Source of the DNA: Thraustochytrium aureum
Lineage: Eukaryota
Assembly (NCBI GenBank): GCA_012862495.1
Contig: BLSG01000462.1
Span: 12,243 to 44,354 of the forward strand
DNA: 32,112 nt
Reading direction: 5' to 3'
Under the pieces are notes generated by a model. The model ran no database searches, was not told the DNA's origin, and saw nothing but the letters and a program-made list of their open reading frames with translations. Each line of letters starts with the position of its first letter. Within the stretch, counting starts at the first letter, position 1. Below, one piece after another: positions 20,120 through 30,161 of the stretch. The position numbers and the translations under genes are program-made.

Positions 20120-21571
20120 ATGGGCCAAGACCAAATCATATCAAACGCGTCCCTGCCCTGCGGAGTGACCCTGGGCGTGGACGGTAAAGTTTTAGCAAGC
20201 GAGTTGGCCACTTGTGCAGAGGCCTTTCCAGATGACCTGGTCGACTGGAGCATCGACAAGCTCGGTATGCGAGACTACTACGTCCTACTCACTGTGATCG
20301 GTATCATCGTCGTGTTCGCAAACACATCGATCGTCGTGGGCGTTCTTCGCGACAAAAAACTGCGAAAGCAGATCTTCATCTTGCAGATCGTCGGGCAAGC
20401 CATGACAGACTGTGCAGTTGGGGTGCTCGTTATCGTCTTTCAAGGTGGGACTCTGTTGAACAACAGCGAATTTGTTGGAGGGCGCGCAGGCTGCTCTGTC
20501 TATGGGTTTGGTATAGTTGGCACCTGCCACTGCACGGTGTTGTCGCTGAGCTGGATCGCTTACGCTCGCAAAGTCAAAGTCCTGGACAACAAGCGCATCA
20601 CGGCCAAGCACATCCTCATGCTGTACGTCGGCGGCGTGTGGGGCATCACGTTCTTGCTCATGGCCTACTATTCGCTGGTGACGCGGAGCCGCATGGTCAC
20701 CTCTGGGGCATTCTGCAACCCGATTTACAACTATGCGGTGCTCATTCCTTGCGCCCTGTTCATCTTGGTGCCGATCATCTTTATCGTCCGTACGTACTAT
20801 CGCGTGCACCAGATGATGGTCCAAACCTCTGCCGCTGTTCGCAAGATTAAGGCTCCGGCGGTCGCCAAACCTGCAGCTCGAGGTAAGAAGGCAAACTCTG
20901 GCTTTTTGGGGCGAGCGGTACGGACAGTAACTGTGCGGGGGCGCCGAGGGTCGGCTCTGGACCCAGAAGCGAAGAAACGTCAACAGCAGGCGCGCGCGAC
21001 ACGGCTCATGATCATGATGTGCGCGTCGATCTTCGTGGCATGGATTCCGCTCTACGTTTAGTAAGTTTCCCGCGGCTTGTTGAGCGTCTAATCCTTGACC
21101 GATCTGACGCGAGTCTTGGTGCGCAGCTTTATCTTCGTCGTGTACTCGGTCGTCTCAGGACAAGCCGCTCCAGGCTTGCCAGTGAGCGAGATGCTCCTGG
21201 GGGTGTCTGCCGTGCTAAGCAGCCTGTGCAGCCCGACGCTGTACGGTTTCAGCAACCGGACGTTGAGCCAAGCGATGATGTTTGCGTTCCTGCCTCTCCG
21301 ATGGAAGGAAGAGTACTCGAAGATTGGGCGAAGTCCGCTCAAGATTCTCCTCTTACGAGTGCTGGGCAAGCTTCTTCCGCGAGCGTCGCCGGCTGTTGGG
21401 TCAGGTTTTGAGGATTCCAACTTTGGCGCAGAGTCGAGCTCGGGTTCAAAAAGCGCCATTGCCGCCGTCGGCAAGTCTGCCCCAAAGCTCAAAGTCTCGC
21501 GGGGAACGAATCTTGCGGGGCACGCCGAGAAGTCACATCCAAAGTGGCCCCTGCGCCTCTTTGAAGGCTGA
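20120..21571 (+). CDS. Class A opsin-like 7TM receptor, copy 2; exons 20120-21060 and 21127-21571
   Basis: Removing the intron GTAAGT...GCGCAG restores WIPLYV-Y-FIFVVY...SSLCSPTLYGFSN, collinear with copy 1 WTPLYVYMIF...SSLCSPLIYAFKN. Confidence 0.88.
21061..21126 (+). other. 66-nt spliceosomal intron (phase 2) in GPCR copy 2
   Basis: GTAAGT donor, CTGAC branch-like motif, CAG acceptor; removal eliminates the in-frame TAG TAA. Confidence 0.9.
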
Positions 21572-22763
21572 TGTGCTGGTATGCCTGCTGTGGGCGGCAG
21601 GCCTGGCACCGAGTAAAGGCTCGCCTCGCGCTTCCAGCGCGCTGGTATTCCAAGATTCCAAGCGAGAGGGAGAGGTAAAGCCAGCTAGCTACTCGAGTAG
21701 CGGCATGATGAGTAGTTTTTCGCTGGTCTCCAAGGAACACAACACAATCCATGCACAACAAGTCAGGCGGATCGCACACTCAGCTTCCTTCCTCATCTGG
21801 TCCTCATCAGGTCCCCACTGGGTCCTCTCCAGCGCGCCGCCTCCGTGGCGCTGCGAGATGTCACTGTTGGTTGTGTGCTGTGTGCTGCCTGACCTCGTCT
21901 TCTGGAGGATGGGCAGTGCCGTTCCCTTTCCTTTGCTTTTTGAGGTCGCGCCAAGCGTTGAGTTTAAAAGTAAAGCCAAGGAAGAAAGCTGAGCGGGGAA
22001 CGGGCTCCAACATGACATGGCTGCTTGGCCCTGCTCAACAATCACCACTTTCCGGCTCGCGTTTGGAAGGGAGAGGATAATAATGAATGGCTTGATCGCC
22101 GGTCTCGGGGAGCTTGCGAGAATCTCGCAGACCCCCGAAACATTAATCTTATAAAACCGTAAATTATCAATCGTCGGCGAGCGGGCGCTGCACGGCGCTC
22201 AACCCCTTTCGGGAGCGTGCGGCCTGGCTGGCCCACTCTTGCCGCGCCTCGTTGTCCGCATCCGGATGCCGATGCGGGACTGCTGAAGTGCGTGGCGCGG
22301 CTGGCTGCTGGTTGTGCCTTCTCTTCGAGATAACCGCCACGGTCCGATCAAAGGCGCTCTCGTCGCTCGCCGCGCGACAACCGCCCTGGCCCGATGATTG
22401 CCCACTGGCCACCCACCCTCCTCCATCACGGCTGGAAAGCACAAGAGAGGAACAACGTTCTGCAACTAGCCGTTGCGGCTGAAGAGGCGTTGTGATTCGC
22501 TGGACAAGCAGGGGTGCCCGCCCGCCCATTGCTCAAGTCCCAAGTGACGAACGGATTTCCGTCTCACCCTGCCCCGAGTCAAGCTGGGGGCAAAGCCACG
22601 AAGCTGCAAGGCCGCAATCGATTGGACAGACTGGCGCAAGTGCGCGGAACGAGGGAGTGAATGCCCCGCAACCGCCTCGGAGGGCGCTGTTGAGGCCTTG
22701 CTGAGCGGCCACGTACCAGGCCAAAGTGTGCAGTTCGCAGCTTGGCGCGCCAAGGGGCAAGTC

Positions 22764-24191
22764 ATGGGCCCAGAGCAAGCCTTTGCGAACGCGACCCTGC
22801 CCTGTGGCGTGACCCTTGGCGCGAGCGGCAGAGTCTCAGCTAGCGTGTTGGCCGCCTGTGCAGAGGCCTTTCCAGATGACCTGGTCGACTGGAGCATCGA
22901 CAAGCTCGGTATGCGGGACTACTACGTCCTGCTCACTGTGATCGGTATCATCGTCGTTTTCGCAAACGCATCGATCGTCGTGGGCGTTCTTCGCGACAAA
23001 AACCTACGAAAGCAGATCTTCATCTTGCAGATCGTCGGGCAAGCCGTGACAGACCTTGCCGTTGGAACGCTCGTAGTCATTTTTCAAGGCGGGACTCTAT
23101 TGAACAACAACGAGTTTGTTGGAGGGCGCGCAGGCTGCTCTGTCTATGGGATCGGCATAGTTGGCACCTGCCACTGCACGGTGTTGTCGCTCAGCTGGAT
23201 CGCGTACAATCGCAAAGTCACGGTACTCGACAACAAGCGCCTAGCTGGCAAATCGATTGCCAAGCTTTACGTCGTCGGCGTGTGGGGCGTCACGTTCTTG
23301 CTCATGGCCTACTATTCGCTGGTGACGCGGAGCCGCATGGTCACCTCTGGGGCATTCTGCAACCCGATTTACAACTATGCGGTGCTCATTCCTTGCGCAC
23401 TGTTCATCGTGGTGCCGATCTTGTTCATAGTTCGGACCTACTATCGCGTGTACCGGATGATGCTCGAGACGTCTGCCGCTATTCGCAACTCAAAGGATCC
23501 CGCAGTCGCCCAGCCTAGCACAGAGTTTGGAAAGGAAGTGCTCTCTGCCGGCTGTGGTCACACCTCCCGGGTGGTCGCTGCGCGGAGGCGCCAGGGATGG
23601 GATCTGAACCGGGAGGCGAAGAAGCGACAGCAGCAGGCGCGGACAACACGCCTCATGGTCATGATGTGCGCGTCGATCCTCGTAGCATGGACTCCGCTCT
23701 ATGTTTAGTAAGTTGTTTGCTTGCCGTCCGGGCTTGCGGGGCTTGGCCAAGCTGACACACAGCGCCTGGAGAGCAGCTTTGTCTTTTTGATATACTCGAT
23801 TGTCTCGGGGCAATCCGCCCCAGGTTTGCGAGTGAGCGAAATGCTCTTGGGGCTGTCTGCCATATTGAGTAGCTTGTGCAGCCCAACTCTTTACGGTTTT
23901 AGCAACCGGACGTCGAGCCAAGCAATGATGTTCGCCTTCCTGCCTCTCCGATGGAAGGAAAGGTACTCAAAGGCCAAGCAAAGTCCTCTAAGGTTTCTTC
24001 TTGTGCGTGCGCTTGGCCGAGTTCTTCCTCTAGCGACGCCGGCTTTAGGGTTCGAGAGCCCCTTGGCTTCGCGGGGTGCAATGGGCACTGGTGCTGCGAA
24101 GTTTCCATCAAAGCGCAAGACCTCGCAAGGAGCAAGTCTTGGGAGCCGAGCTCGAGAAGGGATATCCAAGGTCCAGCCTGCCCCACCTTAA
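22764..24191 (+). CDS. Class A opsin-like 7TM receptor, copy 3 (tandem duplicate of copy 2); exons 22764-23707 and 23777-24191
   Basis: MGPEQAFANATLPCG...PDDLVDW...GCSVYGI...IAYNRK...WTPLYV-Y-FVFLIY...SSLCSPTLY; same intron position as copy 2. Confidence 0.88.
23708..23776 (+). other. 69-nt spliceosomal intron (phase 2) in GPCR copy 3
   Basis: GTAAGT donor, GCTGAC branch-like motif, CAG acceptor. Confidence 0.9.
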
Positions 24192-24729
24192 TGCTGGCGC
24201 GCTGGCGCAGCGCAGTGCCAGCTGCAGCGCAGAGGGCACGATTTGGGCAGCCCTTGAATAGGAGGTACGCTGCGTAGCTGCGCAGTCCTTGAATAGGAGC
24301 TACTCTCTAGCTAGCCAGAGCAGCGACGAGCAATAATTGCACTTGGAAATCAGTATGGGTGCCACTCGTGTGGGTCGCGTTCACGGCCGTTCCATGCAGA
24401 CCACNNNNNNNNNNNNNNNNNNNNNNNNNNNNNNNNNNNNNNNNNNNNNNNNNNNNNNNNNNNNNNNNNNNNNNNNNNNNNNNNNNNNNNNNNNNNNNNN
24501 NNNNNNNNNNNNNNNNNNNNNNNNNNNNNNNNNNNNNNNNNNNNNNNNNNNNNNNNNNNNNNNNNNNNNNNNNNNNTGGCTAGCTCTCTACGTGTCGAGC
24601 CCAATTCGCAGAGTCGTTGGTGAGATAGATACGCGAGCCAGAGCAAGCGATGTGGAAAAGCAATAAACCAACGCTTTTTCTAAAGGAGCTACCGATCACA
24701 TCAAAAACAAAGCCCTGGTTGGGCCCTGG

Positions 24730-26350
24730 CTACACCGGTTTGCGTTGCAGAGCAGAGGTGAACGAGATTTCCTCGGCCGCGGCCTTCCTCTCCTCCTCCA
24801 GGACGCAGCAATTTCCGTAAAAGTCGTCGAGGATAGTCGTCCATTTTAGAGAGAGCGCGCCACTCTCGTCCACAAAGTCGTGGTAGCCATTGAGGATCCC
24901 GAACCCTGCTGATCGCGGCAGCGATGCCACAATCGCAACCCGGGTGCACATCTCCTTCTCGACGAGCTGATCTGTCCCTTGCGTGTCGAGAAAGCTCGCC
25001 TCGAGGTCCTCGTCGTCGTGAATGATGCCCTGCTCCCAGGCGACCATGCCTTCAATAATGAGCCCCGTGATACGCTGCGCTGCCGTGTTGGCAACCGAGG
25101 CGTGCTGCGTTGTCGATCGAGCAAGGAACCAGCCCGGCGCCTTGCCAAAGGTTCCGATCGCGGCCTCCTTGCGCTCGCCCGCCTTGCCTTTGCGCTTTTT
25201 CCGCTTGGGCTGCTTGGCCGCGTCGGCCGCCGCTTCGTCGCTCTCGGGGTCGACGCCGAGCGCAAGTGACGGCGTGCGGTCTGGCGGCAGATTCAGCGTC
25301 GACTTGACGAGCGACTCGCGCTTGCGCGACACGAGAAAGACCACGTCGCTCGCCTCGGCGAGGGACTTGCTCTGTTCGGCATAGTAGAAGGCGCCAACAC
25401 TGTCCTCTGGGGCAGCCACCCCCGATGACTGGGTGGCGGGCAGTTCGAGCCGCGAGAGCTGGAACGGGTAGGTAATCCCGTACAGCTTGCGCACCGTATC
25501 TTCGTTTGTCCAGAGCGACCAGTAGATTTGCTGCACGGTGTCGATGCTAATCGAATGGGGCAGCGCAAAGTCGAGCCGCAGGTGGAGGCACTCGCTCGGG
25601 GCGTCGATAAATTTGTGCGCGGCGGTCATGTTGAAACCAGGGCGCAGGTGTTTGAAGTACTCGGGCTTGAGCGTCGTCCTTTGCCATTTCTCCGTGGCCG
25701 ACCGAGAGATTAGGCTGTGCACAAAGGTTTCCGCGAAGCTCGACCCCTGCATGTGCAGATTTTGAATCGTGCGTTTTGAGGACGGGATGCCGTGGTTGAG
25801 CTTGAAGCAGCCACTCAGAAACCGCTTGTGCTCCTCCAGCTGGGCGCGGAGCAGTTCGTTCTCAAGCTGGACGTCCACTTGGCCGGAGCTCCGCATCTCG
25901 GCGACCTTGATTTGCAGGTCTTCGATCTTGTTGAGGAAGGAGGCCCGCTCTCTGCGAAGCCGGTCGTTCTCCTCTTGGAGTTCGTGGACCTTGAGGCGGC
26001 GCTTCTCGCGCGCCTTGCGGCTGGCGCGCGCGATCTGGTCCCTGCGCCGCTTCAGCCAAGCCTTAGCGTCCAGCTCTTCGCCTTTGCCGTCCGCGCGACG
26101 GAGGCCTCGTCGTCAGCGCGCGGCCCCTCTCGCGGCGAAGCAGAGCTCGACGCCGTGCTGAGCTCGGCCTCAGCGCATTCCCATGGGGCGCTGCGTTCTT
26201 CTGCGTGTCCCTCGCACCCGGAAAACTCTGTGCGGCAGCGTACTCGACGTGGTTGTTCGCCTCGACCTTGACCTGGGCCGCGAGGTCCAAATCCACCTCG
26301 TCCGAGTAGTCGAGCAGGAACTCGCTCCCTTGCACCAAGAAATCCTCCAT
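24730..26350 (-). CDS. bZIP transcription factor with acidic N-terminus and a large C-terminal globular domain (possibly START/SRPBCC-like); frameshifts at ~26181 and ~26093
   Basis: The frame upstream of ORF 24730-25896 reads KAWLKRRRDQIARASRKAREKRRLKVHELQEENDRLRRERASFLNKIEDLQIKVAEM (basic region plus heptads). The N-terminal MEDFLVQGSEFLLDYSDEVDLDL joins after adding one G at each of two sites. NLS-like KQPKRKKRKGK. Confidence 0.75.
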
Positions 26351-26440
26351 CGCGCTCTCGATCAACGGCCCGTCCTCAGGAGCGCCCGCCTGCGAGCTTG
26401 CCCGCTTGCCTGGCGAGGGACTCTGCCGACCCGCTTCAAC

Positions 26441-26463
26441 GCCTGCCTGCCTGCCTGCCTGCC
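26441..26463. repeat. (GCCT)n microsatellite upstream of the bZIP
   Basis: gcctgcctgcctgcctgcctgcc. Confidence 0.85.
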
Positions 26464-26550
26464 CTTGCTCTCCGCGAGCGTCGAAAAGGAACAAAAGGAG
26501 CATTCCTCTCGTTCATTCGCTCGTTCGTCCTTCCAGAGTGTGTGCGGTTT

Positions 26551-26634
26551 CGTCGCACGACGTGTGCTCGTCGCGCTGCTCGTTGTGTTCGCGGTGCAGG
26601 AGGTGCGTCGCACGACGTGTGCTCGTTGTGTTCG
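26551..26634. repeat. 21-bp direct repeat CGTCGCACGACGTGTGCTCGT (26551, 26606) in the divergent promoter region
   Basis: Two exact copies 55 bp apart, plus a duplicated TGCTCGTTGTGTTCG. Confidence 0.8.
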
Positions 26635-27032
26635 TGGACCGCGCGTTGCTTGTTCTTTCGCGAGTTCGTTCTTTCGTGGGCAGGAAGGGGCCCTTGCGTC
26701 AGAGCACGGCTGTCGGATAAACCCTACTAAACCACCAGTGCGTGCAGAGTAGTGCCGGTGGTCTCCATTGTGCGTCTGTCTCTCCGACAGCAAGTTGAAA
26801 GTTTCGTCAATCGCTCCACTCCCGGGCCACCTCGGACTCGTCGAAATCGCGCAGGCCAAGCCGCTCAAGACTCTGAATGCACTCTGCGGCCCAACGCGAC
26901 GGGCTGAGGAGGCACGCGGCTCGCAACTCTCACACGAGTCGTGGTTCGTGCAGCGGCCTCTCCGAGTCCGAGTCCGAGTCGAAGCAGGCAAGAAGACCTT
27001 CTCGCGCCACAGAGGGAGGGTGCGCGCTCGCG

Positions 27033-27075
27033 TGCCTGCCTGCCTGCCTGTCTGCCTGCCTGCCTGCCTGCCTGC
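27033..27075. repeat. (TGCC)n microsatellite
   Basis: tgcctgcctgcctgcctgtctgcctgcctgcctgcctgcctgc. Confidence 0.88.
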
Positions 27076-27374
27076 GTTGCACGAGACGAACGAGGCCAAA
27101 GTCGTCGATTTGCACTGCTGCAGCCAGGCTTCCTTCCCTCCTGTGACGGCCTGGACATTGCACCGGTTGCTCGCTCGCCGGCCCGCTTCTCATCAGCCCT
27201 GCCGCTCGTGCGCAGAGCCTTAGAGCCGCAGAGCGAGCTCGCACCGCCCGCCGCAGCGCAGAGGCGCAGAAGAGCAGGACCTCGGAAGGGCGCAGACCCC
27301 GCGCGACGCTTAGCGAGTTGGAGCGGGCTTGGGGATCTTGCTCGCCTGGTCCAGGCGGCCCGCGAACGTGCGCG

Positions 27375-28846
27375 ATGGCGCCCAAGAAGCAGAGGATGGT
27401 TGCGGCACAGCGCCTCGGCGAGGCCGGCGTTGGCCCAACCGCGACAGAGAGGCAGGTCGCGCGATGGGTCGAGGTGGTGAGCGGCATCCCAGTGGAGGCA
27501 GAAACGCTGTGCGAACAGCTCCTGGACGGCGTGGCGCTGTGCAAGCTGCTCGCTCGCGCGCAACCTGGGGCGACACCAGCCTTTTACCAGGTTGCAAAAA
27601 CGAGGCAGGAAGGGGCGGAAAACGTGAAATCGTTCCTCTTCACCTGCGAGAAACTCGGCCTTGGCGCGCCGTTCGAATACAAGGCGTTGCGCCGAAAGGA
27701 GACAGCAACGGTGGCAGCCGGGCTCGCGGTTCTCGCAACGCAACTTTGCGGGCCGAGGTGGCGAACGGCGCCACTTTTGCCGCCGCCTCTGAGGGTTCCC
27801 CGACCCGCTCGCGGCGCTGCGACCCCAAAAGTCTCACCCAACAAAGCAAAGCGGGGCCCGTTCTCGAAGCGCGCCGAATTGAACTCGGGGCGATCGGAGC
27901 AGGGTGACGAGCCAGAAGTAGAGTCGAGCCCCGATTACATCGAGACTGGTCGCCCGAAGACTCGTCTTCGCGTCAAAGCGCAAACGCGGGCCGCAGCGTC
28001 GGCAGGGAAGAGCAAGCCTCTCGCCGTCAGCCTGCACAACGGCAGTAGCAGGGCTAGGTCAAGGCCCAGGCAGCCGCCTCGAGCAGCATCCGGCCGGCGT
28101 GCTGGCCAGCAGGTCAGGGCGGCCGCTGTCGATGAGGGCGATTGTTATTCCTCAAGCGAAGAGGAGAGCGCTTTAGACGAGGACGAGGACGAAGAGGAGG
28201 AGGAGGAGGAGGAGGAGGACCAGGGAGGGGACGAAGAGGCGGCTGGCTCGTGGCGTCAGAGAGCGAGGCCCCTGACGGGCACAGCGACTCAGAGTTGAGT
28301 GTCGACGACGAGCAATCTGTCACAAGCAGCGATGAGGAAGAGAGCGACGACGAGACCTCTTCGATGGAGGAAGGCGATGATGATGGGCAAGGCGATGCAG
28401 AGGAGCCTGGTGCCAGCGCCAGTACCTCGGCCGAGGAGCAAGGAAAGCTCGCGCACGCGTCGACTGGGCTGCAAGACCAGGTGCGCGTCGCGGGCGAGTC
28501 CGAGTCTGAGCTGCCAGCGTCCAGTGAAAGCGAGGCGAGCGAGGCGGAAGGCGAGGAGCGAATCCAGAAGCAGCGCGCTGCGGGCCCAGCCGCGACACTC
28601 CGACGCACCGGGTCGCTCGTGAGCGTTCGGAGCGGCAAGAGCCTCTCGAGCACGAAAACGTCCCGGCGCCGCAAGGCGAAGAAGAAGGCAGCCGTGTCAC
28701 TCGTGATGGGAATCGTCGGCCTCGGCATGATGGGCTTTGCAGCAGTCGGGACCGTGGTCGTCGGCGAGATCGTCGGCGTGGCGAATTTCGGCGTGGCAGA
28801 AGGGCTCGGAATTCTCGAGCCAGAGCCTGCATCGTGGTTCTTCTGA
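27375..28846 (+). CDS. Single calponin-homology-domain protein with basic and acidic disordered linker and C-terminal hydrophobic anchor; frameshift at ~28248
   Basis: [15 protein letters not shown]...[17 protein letters not shown]...[15 protein letters not shown]...V..GLAVL. Poly-Glu tract. A one-base insertion joins EEAAG to [11 protein letters not shown]. Ends [33 protein letters not shown]...WFF*. Confidence 0.75.
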
Positions 28847-29023
28847 TGAGCGTGTGTTGGTATGTAGCTTCGAAAGCCATTTGAGTTTGATGAGTCTTGG
28901 GGCTTGTAATGATGAACGGTGTCTGGTTGTTGTCATTTTTAGGTATATTTTGTAGGTAAAAAGTGTGCCGCGCGCGCGTGCACGGTCCAAGCACGCTGGG
29001 ATTGGCCACACTCTGCAGCGCTA

Positions 29024-30161
29024 TCAGCTGTCGGAGGGGAGCTTGAATCCAGTGTGAGCAGCCACGACTTGGCACAGGCGGCGCAGAGAAAAAACGGTTA
29101 GGGCCAGAACGAGGTTGGATTGGCGAGTGTAGGAGAAAGGACTTACTGCCATAGGTGTAGTTTTGGTGCGAGACCTGGGAGAACCCGGCCTGGCGGATCA
29201 TGCGCTCGAACTCGCGCTGCTTGGGAAACTTGCGAATCGATTCGACGAGGTATTGGTAGCTATCGCGGTCTTGCGCGACGAGCTGACCCATAGCAGGAAT
29301 GACGCGGAAACTGTACTGGTCGTACAACTCCTGCATCACTGGGTTGGCCAGGTGCGAGAACTCGAGGCACATGAACCGCCCTCCCGGCTTGAGCACGCGG
29401 TACGCTTCAGCGAGCGCGCGGTCGATATTTGTCACGTTGCGAATCCCAAACGCGCTGCAAGGCCACGCTCGCCAGCGGGATCGCGTTAGCGTAGCCCCGC
29501 ATAAACCGCGCCGCAATCCAAGCCACCGAGGCGGCGCTAATCCGCCCCTCCCTTGCCTGGCCTTGCCCGAAACACACTCGCAAAGAACTCACATTGTGTA
29601 TGCGTCAAAGGTGTTGTCTTCAAACCGCTCAAGGTGCTCCGCATTCTGCTGGATAAACTCGAGTCCGCTCGAGTGCCCGAGCCGCCTAGCGCGGCTTGCC
29701 CCAACGTCGAGCATCTGTTGATTGATGTCGACGACGCTGACGATTGGAGCCGGCTCGGAAGGATATTGCGACTTGCTTCGCTCGACGATGCGAAAGGCAA
29801 TGTCGCCCGTTCCCCCCGCGAGATCGATTGTGCGTGCCTGGTACCCGTTCGCGGAGAGGGGGAGGAGCTCGTCGACGAACCAGTCTTTCCAGCACCGGTG
29901 CAGCGTCCCCGACATGAGGTCGTTCATCACGTCGTACTGCTCGGCCACGCTACTAAACACCTGGCCGACTAGCCTCTCCTTTTCGACCGCGTCAACCTCG
30001 CGAAACCCAAAGTGCGTGGTTTCGCGCGCGCCCTGTGCGTCGCTTGAGCTCTGCGTCGGGGTTGGCGAGCTCAAGAAGCGGGCAAACACCGTGCGCGTCA
30101 GCGGCATGCGGCGGAGCGCTCTTCCCCCCGCGGCGGCCGCCGGTCTCATCTTTGCGAGCAT
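29024..30161 (-). CDS. COQ5: Mitochondrial ubiquinone C-methyltransferase COQ5 (UbiE family); exons 30161-29593, 29454-29147, 29067-29024
   Basis: Arg-rich presequence; [49 protein letters not shown]. Spliced junctions give DAYT-I-AFGIRNV and [14 protein letters not shown]. Introns GTGAGT...CAG (29592-29455, 138 nt) and GTAAGT...AAG (29146-29068, 79 nt), each with a CTAAC branch site. Confidence 0.95.

Noticed and set aside
21059..21064. Stop-codon readthrough or pseudogenisation of GPCR copies 2 and 3 (in-frame TAG TAA)
   Set aside because: Canonical GTAAGT...CAG introns remove the stops and restore collinearity with copy 1.
16843..24191. True opsins or microbial rhodopsins
   Set aside because: No Lys at 7.43 (K296) in any copy and no type-1 DxxxK motif. 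The MNGT match to the bovine rhodopsin N-terminus is just a glycosylation sequon.
28320..29146. Long C-terminal extension of COQ5 in the 398-aa ORF
   Set aside because: Read-through of intron 2; the spliced gene ends at TGA 29024-29026.
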